From: Gemmata obscuriglobus
GTDB taxonomy: Bacteria; Planctomycetota; Planctomycetia; Gemmatales; Gemmataceae
DNA: 32,000 nucleotides
Assembly (NCBI RefSeq): GCF_008065095.1
Contig: NZ_CP042911.1
Coordinates: 8,280,001-8,312,000, forward strand
Reading direction: 5' to 3'
The notes below the pieces were generated by a model, which worked only from the letters and a program-made list of their open reading frames with translations, searched no databases and was not told the DNA's origin. This document shows, one piece after another, positions 22,962-31,505 of this stretch; within the stretch, counting starts at the first letter, position 1, and each line of letters begins with the position of its first letter. Made by a program: the position numbers and the translations under genes.

Positions 22962-24698
22962 GTGAAGCCTCGCGTGTTCGTGCCCGCGATCGCCTCGGGC
23001 GTGCTGTTGTGGCTGGCGTTCTTCCCGTGCGACCTCGGGCCGCTCGGGTTCGTCGCGCTGGTGCCGTGGCTCACGCTGGTGCGTGCCCCCGTCTCGGGCT
23101 GGCGCCGGTACCTCGCCGCGTACCTCGGCGGGTTCACGTTCTTCGCGCTCGCGACACAATGGGTCCGCGTCGCGCACCCGATGATGTACGGGTCATGGCT
23201 CGGGTTGGCGGTCGTCATGCCGCTGTTCTGGCTCGCCGCCCTCGCCGTGCTGCGGAAACTCGACGCCCTGAAGCTGCCGCTGGCGGTCTCGGTGCCGGTG
23301 GCGTGGGTCGCGTTCGAGTTCTTCCGGATGCACTTCCCGACCGGCTTCACGTTCATGAAGCACGTCGGCGCGTACCAGATGATCGGGTTCGGGTGGTACT
23401 TCCTCGGGTACACCCAGCACGCCTTCACGCCGCTGATCCAGATCGCGGACGTGGGCGGCGTGTACGCGGTTTCGTTCGTGGTGGGTGCGGTCAACGGCGC
23501 GGTGGCGGAACTGGTTCTGCGGCTCTGCGCGCGGCCGGCGCCTCAACCCGTCAGCGGTTCGGCCGGCGCGTCCTTCCCGTCCTGGAAGAAGGTCGGCGGA
23601 GGGCTGGCCTTCGCCCTGGCGCTGCTCGGCGTCGGCCTCGGGTACGGGGGCTGGCGGCTCAACCACGCCCCCTTCGGCGAGGGGCCGAAGGTCAGCGCGG
23701 TTCAGGGGAACCTGACGCAGGACGACAAGATGGACGACCCGAACGGGCTCCTTCAGTCGTACAGCGACTTGCACTACCAGGCCATCCAGTACGACCGCAC
23801 CGAGAACCGCTTTTACGGCGACCCGCCGGACCTGGTCGTGTGGCCGGAAACGTGCTGCCCGGTGGACTGGTGCGATGTGGCGCCGGGCGCGTCCCTCGGG
23901 GACTCCGTGCCGGGGTTCCAGCGGCACCGCGTCAACTCGCAGGACTGGTTCCTGAACCGGCAATGGGGCACGAACGTGCTGTTCGGGCTGAACGGGCTCG
24001 AGTGGGACGGCGCCCGCGTGTGGAAGTACAACTCGGCGTTGCTGGTGAAGCCGCTCGCGCGCGACCCGCTCTGGAAGCCGGGCGACCCGCAGATCGCCTT
24101 CAGCGCCGCCGCCGGGCGGTACGACAAGATGCACCTCGTCCCCTTCGGCGAGTACGTGCCGCTGGGGGACGAGTTGCCGTTCATGAAGCGGTTCACCCCG
24201 TACACGCACGACTACGCGTGCCGCCCCGGCGAGCGGTGGACCCGGTTCCCGCTGGCCGCGCGCGACGGGCGCAAGTTCACCTTCGGGTGCCTGATCTGCT
24301 ACGAGGACTCCGACCCTTACCTGGCCCGGCAGTACGCGGCGTCCGAGCCGGTGGATTTCCTGGTCAACATCTCGAACGACGGCTGGTTCAAGGGCACCGA
24401 GGAGCACGAGCAGCACTTAGCGATCTGCCGGTTCCGCGCGATCGAGGCCCGGCGGGCGGTGGTGCGCAGCGTGAACATGGGCATTTCCGGGTTCATCGAC
24501 TCGGACGGGCGAATTGTGAAACTGCCCACCGACCGGTGGAGCGATTCCAAGAAGGTGGACGCGATCGTGACCGCGGTCGTGCCGATCGACGCGCGGGGCT
24601 CACTCTACGCCCAGTTCGGCGACTGGGTGCCCGCGGGGTGCTGGTTGATCGCTCTCGTGGGAGTTGCCGCTGGGTTGGTGCGGCGGAAGGTGGTGTAA
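22962..24698 (+). CDS. lnt: Apolipoprotein N-acyltransferase
   Basis: 578 aa. The N-terminal half is a multi-TM region. The C-terminal half is a CN-hydrolase domain with VVWPE (Glu), YDKMHLVPFGEYVP (Lys) and CLICYED (Cys). GTG start. Confidence 0.9.
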   Translation: MKPRVFVPAIASGVLLWLAFFPCDLGPLGFVALVPWLTLVRAPVSGWRRYLAAYLGGFTFFALATQWVRVAHPMMYGSWLGLAVVMPLFWLAALAVLRKLDALKLPLAVSVPVAWVAFEFFRMHFPTGFTFMKHVGAYQMIGFGWYFLGYTQHAFTPLIQIADVGGVYAVSFVVGAVNGAVAELVLRLCARPAPQPVSGSAGASFPSWKKVGGGLAFALALLGVGLGYGGWRLNHAPFGEGPKVSAVQGNLTQDDKMDDPNGLLQSYSDLHYQAIQYDRTENRFYGDPPDLVVWPETCCPVDWCDVAPGASLGDSVPGFQRHRVNSQDWFLNRQWGTNVLFGLNGLEWDGARVWKYNSALLVKPLARDPLWKPGDPQIAFSAAAGRYDKMHLVPFGEYVPLGDELPFMKRFTPYTHDYACRPGERWTRFPLAARDGRKFTFGCLICYEDSDPYLARQYAASEPVDFLVNISNDGWFKGTEEHEQHLAICRFRAIEARRAVVRSVNMGISGFIDSDGRIVKLPTDRWSDSKKVDAIVTAVVPIDARGSLYAQFGDWVPAGCWLIALVGVAAGLVRRKVV

Positions 24699-24780
24699 CT
24701 GGAGCGCGGGCCTCTGGCCCGCTTCCCGACGGCACTCATACTCGTACCCGGCTACTGGTGTCTGCTTTGGTTTTGTTTTT

Positions 24781-24844
24781 GTGGCACAGACATTCCTGTC
24801 TGTGCGGTCATCTCGCGCCGCACAGACAGGAATGTCTGTGCCAC
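24781..24844. repeat. Perfect 27-nt inverted repeat with a 10-nt loop; each arm is itself a hairpin (REP-like)
   Basis: GTGGCACAGACATTCCTGTCTGTGCGG (24781-24807) is the exact reverse complement of 24818-24844. The inner palindrome is CACAGACA-TTCC-TGTCTGTG. The flanks show weaker extended symmetry (GTGTCTG / CAGACAC). Confidence 0.9.
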
Positions 24845-25048
24845 AAGAAACAGACACAGCCACCCGGACCGTGAATCAAGATTGCGCGCGACTGGTCGTA
24901 ACGCAATACGGCCGGGGCAACCGAGCGGGCCGGAGGCCCGCGCTCCGGCGCAGCAAGGAGGCCGCCGATTCGACTCGCGACACGCATTCCTCTGCACGTC
25001 TCGCTGCCCCGCGGGCGGCTCGCGCCGGCGCTGGTCGCGGGCTGGTGC

Positions 25049-26521
25049 GTGTTCCTGTTCCTGTACGGCACCTCCGCGGGGCCGCTGTACCGGACCGAAG
25101 CCCTCCGCGCGATCATCGGCCGCTCGTGCCTCGAAGGGCACTGGCTGTACCCGATGCTATACGGCGAGCCGTTCCTCACGAAGCCCCCCGGTCATTACGT
25201 CGCGATCGGGCTGTGCAGCCTCCCCTTCGGCGAGGTCACCGCCGCCACCGCGCGGCTCCCCTCGGCTCTGGCCGCGGCGCTGTCGGTCGTACTGATGTAC
25301 GGCCTCTTTTCCCGCACGCTAGGCGCGCGTGCGGGGCTGCTGATCGCCCTTTTGCTCCCGTGTTCGGTGCTGTGGCTCGACAAGGTGCCGAGCGCGGAAA
25401 TCGACATGACGCTCGTGGGCTGGGTGACGGCCGCGATCGTCCTCCTGTACCGCGCGGTTGAAGCCGAAGGCCGCCGAGTTGCCCTCGGCTTCTGGGTCGG
25501 CGCGCTGCTGTGTGTCGCGGGCGGGGCGCTCACGAAGTGGACCGCGCCGGCGTTCTTTTACCTTACCGCCGTCCCGCTGCTGATCTGGCGCGGGCGCCTC
25601 GGGCTGCTGTTCGGCTGGCGCCACCTCGTTGCGGTCGGTGTTGCGACCGCCGCGTGCGCGCTGTGGGCCGCCGCGGTGGTCCACGAAGTGGGCTGGGACG
25701 CGCTGGCGGACACGGTCCGCAAGGAGGCGGCGTACCGGTTCGCCCCGAAGGCGAGTAAGGGCTACCCGTGGGCCGAACTCGTGACGTACCCGCTCGCGGT
25801 GCTCGCCGCGCACTTCCCGGTGTCGGGGTTCGCGCTGCTCACGTTCCGGCCGAGCGTTTGGAAGCGGTGGGACGCGCGCGGGAAGCTGTTGTTGCAACTG
25901 CTCCACTGCTGGACGTGGCCGAACCTGCTGTTCTGGACGCTCGTTCCGAACCACAACGTGCGGTACGCGCTGCCCGTCAGCGCGGGCCTCATGGGCCTCG
26001 CGGTGATGGGGCTGCTCGCGTGGGTCAGCACGAAAGGCAACCCACCCCCCAACCCCCTCCCTGAAGGGAGGGGGAGTTCGGATGATCCGTCCAGCGAACC
26101 GAATACGCGAACCGGTTCCGGAGTGCCTTCTCTCCCCTTCCCTTCAGGGAGGGCGCTGGGGGGTAGGTTGCCATTGCTCCTCACCTTCCTGCTCTGCTGG
26201 GCGGTGGCGAAGGTCGTGTTCGTGGAGGTGGTCGTCCCGAGCCGCACCGCGGGGCGGAACGCCGAAGCCACCGGTGCCGCCTTGCGCGAGCACGTTCCGG
26301 ACGGGCCGTTGCACGTTTTCAAGCTGAAGGACGAGGGGGTAACGTTCTACTACGCCCGGCCCGCGGTGCGGCTCTCGGACCCGCAATCGTTACCGCCCGG
26401 CGCGGCCGCGCTGCTGATCGAGCAGGAATGGGCCGACCGGGCTGCGTTCGGACATCTCACGCTGGTATGCTGTATGCACGATCAGCAGGGTGACCCCATT
26501 TACCTGGTGCGTCGGCCATGA
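25049..26521 (+). CDS. GT-C fold glycosyltransferase, family 39 / ArnT-PMT-like membrane protein
   Basis: 490 aa with many TM helices. The N-terminal ..LYRTEALRAIIGRSCLEGHWLYPMLYGEPFLTKPPGHYV.. resembles the ArnT/PMT_2 first periplasmic loop. The annotated start is a GTG inside the first hydrophobic helix. The frame is open back to 24902 with no ATG/GTG/TTG, so the N-terminus is uncertain. Confidence 0.8.
   Translation: MFLFLYGTSAGPLYRTEALRAIIGRSCLEGHWLYPMLYGEPFLTKPPGHYVAIGLCSLPFGEVTAATARLPSALAAALSVVLMYGLFSRTLGARAGLLIALLLPCSVLWLDKVPSAEIDMTLVGWVTAAIVLLYRAVEAEGRRVALGFWVGALLCVAGGALTKWTAPAFFYLTAVPLLIWRGRLGLLFGWRHLVAVGVATAACALWAAAVVHEVGWDALADTVRKEAAYRFAPKASKGYPWAELVTYPLAVLAAHFPVSGFALLTFRPSVWKRWDARGKLLLQLLHCWTWPNLLFWTLVPNHNVRYALPVSAGLMGLAVMGLLAWVSTKGNPPPNPLPEGRGSSDDPSSEPNTRTGSGVPSLPFPSGRALGGRLPLLLTFLLCWAVAKVVFVEVVVPSRTAGRNAEATGAALREHVPDGPLHVFKLKDEGVTFYYARPAVRLSDPQSLPPGAAALLIEQEWADRAAFGHLTLVCCMHDQQGDPIYLVRRP
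26036..26172. repeat. Palindromic (MITE/RPE-like) element lying in frame inside the GT39-like CDS
   Basis: The 41-nt arm GGCAACCCACCCCCCAACCCCCTCCCTGAAGGGAGGGGGAG (26036-26076) nearly matches the reverse complement of 26132-26172 (GGCAACCTACCCCCCAGCGCCCTCCCTGAAGGGAAGGGGAG). Each arm has its own hairpin (CCCCCTCCC-TGAA-GGGAGGGGG at 26053-26074). The element is translated as ..KGNPPPNPLPEGRGSSDDPSSEPNTRTGSGVPSLPFPSGRALGGR.. between two TM helices. Confidence 0.7.
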
Positions 26522-27816
26522 GTGCGGTCCCGAAACCCGCCGTTCAGCCGCTCACGGTGTCGCAGCTCACCGCCCAGGTGCGCGGCACACTGGAAGCCAA
26601 GTTCCTGTCCGTGTGGGTCGCGGGCGAGGTGTCCAACTTCACCCGCGCCAGCAGCGGGCACTGGTACTTCACGCTCAAGGACGCCACCGCCCAGATCAAA
26701 ACCGTCGCGTTCCGCGGGATCAACCTGCGGCTCCGGTTCGATCTCCGGAACGGCATGGAGATCATCGCCCGCGGCCGGCTCACCGTCTACGACCCCAAGG
26801 GCGAGTACCAGTTCGTCGTCGAGGAGGTGCAGCCGAAGGGCGTCGGCGGCGCGGAACTCGCGCTGCGGCAGTTGAAGGAGAAGCTGCTCGCGAAGGGGTA
26901 CTTCAGCCCCGCGCGCAAGCGCCCGCTCCCGCGCCCGCCGCAGCGGGTCGGGCTGATCGCCAGCGCCACGGGCGCGGCGGTGCGCGACATGATCGAGGTG
27001 TTCGCGCAGCGGTGGCCCTTCACCGAACTCGTCGTCCGCCCGTCGCGGGTGCAGGGCGAGGGCGCCGCACAGGATGTCGCCCGTGCCTTGCTGCAACTGA
27101 ACTGGCTCCACCGGAACAACAAGCTCGCCTTCGACGCGATCGTCCTGGGCCGCGGCGGCGGCAGCGCCGAAGACCTGTGGGCGTTCAACGAAGAGGTCGT
27201 CGCGGACGCGGTCTTCAAATCCGAGGTGCCGGTGGTGTCCGCGGTCGGGCACGAGACGGACGTGACCGTCGCCGACCTGGTCGCCGACCACCGCGCCGAG
27301 ACGCCGACCGCCGCCGTCATCGCCCTCACCCCGGACCGGCGCGAGTTGCTCGCGTCCCTCGGGGAGCTGCGCGAGCGGATGGGCGAATCGGTGGCGCGGC
27401 GCCTCCGGCTCGCGAAGCAGCGGCTCGACCAGATCGCCGCGCGCCAGGCGTTCCGGCTCCCGCTCCAGCGGGTTCACAACTCCGGGCAGCGGCTCGACGA
27501 CATCGCCGAGCGGCTGCACCGCGCGGCCCGCCACCGGCTCCTTCAGGCGGCACAGGAGCTGGCCGGGCGTTCCGCGCAGTTAGAATCGTTAAGCCCCTTG
27601 CAGGTGCTCGGCCGCGGTTATAGCCTGACGCACACGGGTGACGGCCGGTTGGTCCGCGAGGTGGACCACCTGCGGCCGGGCGATTTGCTCCTCACCCGCG
27701 TCCGCGGCGGCACCGTTCGCTCGCTGGTGACGGCCACGGAACCGACGGACCCGGAACGCACGAACCCCGGAGCGCGAGATTCGGACCCGGACCAGACCCC
27801 AGCGGCCGGCGGGTAG
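26518..27816 (+). CDS. xseA: Exodeoxyribonuclease VII large subunit
   Basis: 432 aa. The N-terminal OB-fold signature is LTVSQLTAQVRGTLEAKFLSVWVAGEVSNFTRASSGHWYFTLKD. The catalytic region includes GRGGGSAEDLWAFNEE and AVGHETD. The ATG overlaps the upstream stop (ATGA). Confidence 0.9.
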   Translation: MSAVPKPAVQPLTVSQLTAQVRGTLEAKFLSVWVAGEVSNFTRASSGHWYFTLKDATAQIKTVAFRGINLRLRFDLRNGMEIIARGRLTVYDPKGEYQFVVEEVQPKGVGGAELALRQLKEKLLAKGYFSPARKRPLPRPPQRVGLIASATGAAVRDMIEVFAQRWPFTELVVRPSRVQGEGAAQDVARALLQLNWLHRNNKLAFDAIVLGRGGGSAEDLWAFNEEVVADAVFKSEVPVVSAVGHETDVTVADLVADHRAETPTAAVIALTPDRRELLASLGELRERMGESVARRLRLAKQRLDQIAARQAFRLPLQRVHNSGQRLDDIAERLHRAARHRLLQAAQELAGRSAQLESLSPLQVLGRGYSLTHTGDGRLVREVDHLRPGDLLLTRVRGGTVRSLVTATEPTDPERTNPGARDSDPDQTPAAGG

Positions 27817-27892
27817 CACCGCCGGCGCCGCCCGTCGCCCCGGGCTCCGCACTTCGCCTTTCTTTCTCTGCCCCAGGGACGGGACGCACGCC

Positions 27893-28210
27893 ATGCCCGA
27901 GCCACCCGCCGCGCCCGTCCCGTTCGAACTCGCGCTGGACGAACTCGACGGCATCCTGCGCGAACTCGAAGACGGCACCACCACCCTCGAAGACGCGCTG
28001 AGCCGCTACGAGCGGGGCGTGAGCCTGCTCCGGCAGTGCTACGGCCAGCTCCGCGACGCCGAGCAAAAGGTGAAACTGCTCGCCGGCCTGAACGAAGAGG
28101 GTGGTGCCGACCTGCGCCCGTTCGATCACGTCGCCTCCATCGAAACCGCGAAGGCCGCCGTGCGCAAGCCCGCACCGCCGCCCGCACGCGACCCGGGAAT
28201 AACGGAATGA
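27893..28210 (+). CDS. xseB: Exodeoxyribonuclease VII small subunit
   Basis: 105 aa. FELALDELDGILRELEDGTTTLEDALSRYERGVSLLRQCYGQLRDAEQKVKLL matches the XseB helical hairpin. It lies directly after xseA. Confidence 0.85.
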   Translation: MPEPPAAPVPFELALDELDGILRELEDGTTTLEDALSRYERGVSLLRQCYGQLRDAEQKVKLLAGLNEEGGADLRPFDHVASIETAKAAVRKPAPPPARDPGITE

Positions 28211-29220
28211 CTTCGGGATCTGACACCGGTGACACCCAAACCCGGTTGGCTTTGCAACGCAAAGTTAATAACATTGCTGCTCCCGCGGGCTGCGCCGGTT
28301 CGGCGGCCGATCGGCTACTGGACGCACTGAAGGCGCGCCAGGAGCGGGTCGAACTGGCCCTCCGGGACGCGTTGGGGCTGGTGACCCGGGATGCCCCGCC
28401 GGCGCTGACCGAGGCGATGGCGTACAGCCTGTTCTCGCCCGGGAAGCGGCTGCGGCCGCTGCTGGTGGCGCTCGCGTGCGAGGCGGCGGGCGGCGCCCCC
28501 GATGCGGCGCTGCCGTCGGCGTGCGCGGTGGAGATGGTTCACACGTACTCGCTGATCCACGACGACCTGCCGGCGATGGACGACGACGACCTGCGCCGCG
28601 GGCAGCCGACGTGCCACAAGAAATTCGGCGAGGCGCTCGCGATCCTCGCGGGCGACGCGCTGCTGACGGCCGCGTTCGAGGTCGTGTGTGCGGGTTACGC
28701 GCCCCGGACCGCTGCGGTTAGTTGCAGAGAGCTGGCAAAGGGCGCAGGGGCGGTCGGGATGGTCGGCGGGCAGACGCTCGACCTCGAAGCCGAAGGCCGC
28801 GTCCCCGCCGGCCCGACCGCCCTTCAAGGGGTGGGGCGGCTCGAGGACATCCACCGCCGCAAGACCGGCGCGCTGTTCCGCTCGTCGCTGCGGCTCGGGG
28901 TGTTCGCGGCGCAGGCCGAGCGGCCCGCGGGCGCCTGCCCGGAGGCGCTGAAGGCGGCGGACGATTACGCGGACGCGTTCGGACTGGCATTTCAGGTGAC
29001 CGACGACCTGCTGGACGTCGAGAGCACGGCCGACAAGGCCGGCAAGCGGGTGGGCAAAGACGCCGCCCGCGGGAAGCTGACCTACCCGGGGCTCCTCGGC
29101 GTTGAGGCGTCCCGGCGGCGGGCGGCCGAGTTGGGCCAGCTCGCGGTCGCCGCCGCCGAACGACTCGGCAGCGAACCGCTCGCGGACCTGGCCCGGTACG
29201 TGGTGACTCGAGAGAAGTAA
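28207..29220 (+). CDS. ispA: Polyprenyl (farnesyl) diphosphate synthase
   Basis: First Asp-rich motif HTYSLIHDDLPAMDDDDLRRGQPTCHKKFGEA is nearly identical to E. coli IspA as I recall it. Second motif is FQVTDDLLD. The ATG overlaps the xseB stop (ATGA). The ORF-track start at 28036 lies inside xseB and was rejected. Confidence 0.9.
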   Translation: MTSGSDTGDTQTRLALQRKVNNIAAPAGCAGSAADRLLDALKARQERVELALRDALGLVTRDAPPALTEAMAYSLFSPGKRLRPLLVALACEAAGGAPDAALPSACAVEMVHTYSLIHDDLPAMDDDDLRRGQPTCHKKFGEALAILAGDALLTAAFEVVCAGYAPRTAAVSCRELAKGAGAVGMVGGQTLDLEAEGRVPAGPTALQGVGRLEDIHRRKTGALFRSSLRLGVFAAQAERPAGACPEALKAADDYADAFGLAFQVTDDLLDVESTADKAGKRVGKDAARGKLTYPGLLGVEASRRRAAELGQLAVAAAERLGSEPLADLARYVVTREK

Positions 29221-29272
29221 GGAGTGGGGAGTGGGGAGTGGGGAGTGAGGGCCGGAAGTGAGGGGTGAGGGG
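29221..29272 (+). repeat. G-rich heptad tandem repeat (GGAGTGG x4) plus further G-tracts; G-quadruplex-capable, in the ispA-dxs spacer
   Basis: GGAGTGGGGAGTGGGGAGTGGGGAGTGAGGGCCGGAAGTGAGGGGTGAGGGGTG contains six G3-4 tracts within 47 nt on the sense strand. Confidence 0.8.
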
Positions 29273-29356
29273 TGAAGGCGCACCCGCCGGTGCCGGCCTC
29301 CGCCCCCACGCCCCGCTCTTTCCGGGTCACTCCCCACCGCTTCCCGGGGGAACGAC

Positions 29357-31267
29357 ATGACGACGCAACTGTTGCCGCAGATCCAATCCCCGGCCGACCT
29401 GCACGCGCTCTCGGACGAGCAGTTGCAGCAGCTCACCCACGAGATCCGCGACGAGCTGATCCGCGTGCTCACCACGCGGCCCGCGCACTTCGCCAGCAAC
29501 CTCGGGGTGGTCGAGCTGACGGTGGCCCTCCACCTCGCCTTCGACTTCTCGAAGGACAAGGACCGGCTCATCTGGGACACCGGGCACCAGATCTACCCGC
29601 AGAAGCTCATCACCGGCCGCTACGAGCAGTTCCACACGATCCGCACCAAGGGCGGGCTGATGGGGTTCCCGCACCCCGGCGAGAGCGAGTACGACCTGTT
29701 CATGACCGGCCACGCCGGGTGCAGCGTCTCGACCGCGTCCGGGCTCAAGGCCGGCGACGAGCTGATGGGCCGCCCCGACAACCACGCGGTCGCGGTGATC
29801 GGCGACGGCGCGTTCCCGTCGGGGATCGTGTTCGAGGCGCTCAACAACATCGGCGGGATGGGCCAGAACACGCTGGTGATCCTGAACGACAACAAGATGT
29901 CGATCTGCCCGCGGACCGGCGGGGTGGCGAAGTACTTCGACCAGTGCCGGATGACCGGCCTCTACCAGGGCGGCAAGCGGCGCATCAACCAGATCCTGGA
30001 CCACGTCCCGCTCATCGGGGAGACGGCCCGGGCGTCGCTGGAGGCGATGCGCGACGGGCTCAAGGCGTGGATCAAGGACGGGATGCTGTTCGAGGAGCTC
30101 GGGTTCCGCTACTTCGGGCCGGTGGACGGGCACGACCTGCCGGCGCTGCGCAAGATCCTCAAGGACCTCAAGGGGCAGAAGGGGCCGATCCTGCTGCACG
30201 TGCTCACCAACAAGGGGCACGGGGTGCCGCAGGCGGCCGAGGACCCGGTGACGTACCACACCCCGCCGGTGTTCGCGGAGGTCGGCCCGGACCGCGCGAT
30301 CGTGTCGTTCAAAAAGGGCGGGGCGAGGGCGTACACCGACGCGGTCAGCGTCGCGCTGCACCGGGCGATGCAGGACGACCCCACGATCGCGGTGATGACC
30401 GCCGCGATGTGCCAGGGGAACAAGCTGGAGAAGGTGCGCGAGGACTTCCCGGACCGGTTCCACGACGTGGGCATCTGCGAGAGCCACGCGGTCGCGTTCG
30501 CGGCCGGCATGGCCAAGTCCGGCGCCAACCCGGTGGTGGACATCTACAGCACGTTCCTGCAGCGCAGCTTCGACCAGATCTTCCAGGAGGTGTGCCTGCA
30601 GAACCTGCACGTCACGTTCCTGATGGACCGCGCCGGCCTGACCGGCCCGGACGGCCCGACGCACCACGGCGTGTTCGACGTGCCGTACATGCGGCTGTTC
30701 CCGAACATGGTGAGCATGGCCCCCGGCGACGAGGCCGACGTGGCGCCGATGGTCAAGTTCGCGCTGCAGCACACCGGGCCGATCTCGGTCCGGTACCCGA
30801 AGGCTAACCTGGAGACGATGGAGCGCGCCGAGCCGGTGGCGCCGATCGAACTGGGCAAGGCCGAGGTGATCGAGTGGGGCGAGGACGGGTGCTTCGTCGC
30901 GTTCGGCACGCTGCTGTCGAACTGCGTGGCCGCCGCGAAGAAGCTGAAGGCGGAGGGCATCCACATGGGCGTGGTCAACGCCCGGTTCGTGAAGCCGCTC
31001 GACAAGGACACCATCCTCCGCGCGGTGGACGCCCTCCCCTTGGTCGTGACGGTGGAGGAAGGGACCGTTGAGGGCGGGTTCGGCTCCGCGGTGCTGGAGG
31101 CCGCCAACGCGGCGGGCCTCGACACGCGGAACGTCGTGCGCCGCGGCATCCCGGACCGGTTCATCGAGCACGGCGAGCGGAACGAACTGCTCGCGGACAT
31201 CGGGCTGAGCGCCGACGCGCTGGCGGACCTGGTCCGCACGAGCCGGGCGGCGGAAGTCGCCCGCTAA
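29357..31267 (+). CDS. dxs: 1-deoxy-D-xylulose-5-phosphate synthase
   Basis: 636 aa. Hallmarks: IWDTGHQIYPQKLITGR, AVIGDGAFPSGIVFEALNN (TPP-binding GDG), GICESHAVAFAAGMA and DRAGLTGPDGPTHHGVFD. Confidence 0.95.
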   Translation: MTTQLLPQIQSPADLHALSDEQLQQLTHEIRDELIRVLTTRPAHFASNLGVVELTVALHLAFDFSKDKDRLIWDTGHQIYPQKLITGRYEQFHTIRTKGGLMGFPHPGESEYDLFMTGHAGCSVSTASGLKAGDELMGRPDNHAVAVIGDGAFPSGIVFEALNNIGGMGQNTLVILNDNKMSICPRTGGVAKYFDQCRMTGLYQGGKRRINQILDHVPLIGETARASLEAMRDGLKAWIKDGMLFEELGFRYFGPVDGHDLPALRKILKDLKGQKGPILLHVLTNKGHGVPQAAEDPVTYHTPPVFAEVGPDRAIVSFKKGGARAYTDAVSVALHRAMQDDPTIAVMTAAMCQGNKLEKVREDFPDRFHDVGICESHAVAFAAGMAKSGANPVVDIYSTFLQRSFDQIFQEVCLQNLHVTFLMDRAGLTGPDGPTHHGVFDVPYMRLFPNMVSMAPGDEADVAPMVKFALQHTGPISVRYPKANLETMERAEPVAPIELGKAEVIEWGEDGCFVAFGTLLSNCVAAAKKLKAEGIHMGVVNARFVKPLDKDTILRAVDALPLVVTVEEGTVEGGFGSAVLEAANAAGLDTRNVVRRGIPDRFIEHGERNELLADIGLSADALADLVRTSRAAEVAR

Positions 31268-31293
31268 AGGGTGATGAACCGGGCCGACGGAAC

Positions 31294-31327
31294 CGCTCCC
31301 GCCGCCTCTGAAAAGGGCGCGGGAGCG
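31294..31327 (+). terminator. Hairpin downstream of dxs (weak terminator candidate)
   Basis: CGCTCCCGC-16 nt-GCGGGAGCG, a 9-bp perfect stem. The T5 run comes only ~19 nt later (31346-31350), so this is not a canonical intrinsic terminator. Confidence 0.3.
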
Positions 31328-31505
31328 CGTACACGACCGGCTCGGCTTTTTCGGTCCGTGCGGCCCCGGTCCCCATCTCCTCGATCGCCACTCGCCGCAC
31401 CGCCGCGCAGATCACTCACGAACGACTTCCGCGCCGCACCCCGCACTCTTGCGGGCGGCTGTCGGGGGCGAACGAGAAACGGCTGAACTCGTTTCACACC
31501 GGATG

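Noticed and set aside
23009-24874. 621-aa plus-strand ORF and the 407-aa minus-strand ORF (23193-24416) overlapping lnt
   Set aside because: These are off-frame and antisense shadows. Only the frame 22962-24698 contains the TM region and the CN-hydrolase E-K-C motifs.
28315-31171. Minus-strand ORFs 28315-29580 (421 aa) and 29327-31171 (614 aa)
   Set aside because: They are antisense to ispA and dxs, which carry unambiguous catalytic motifs.
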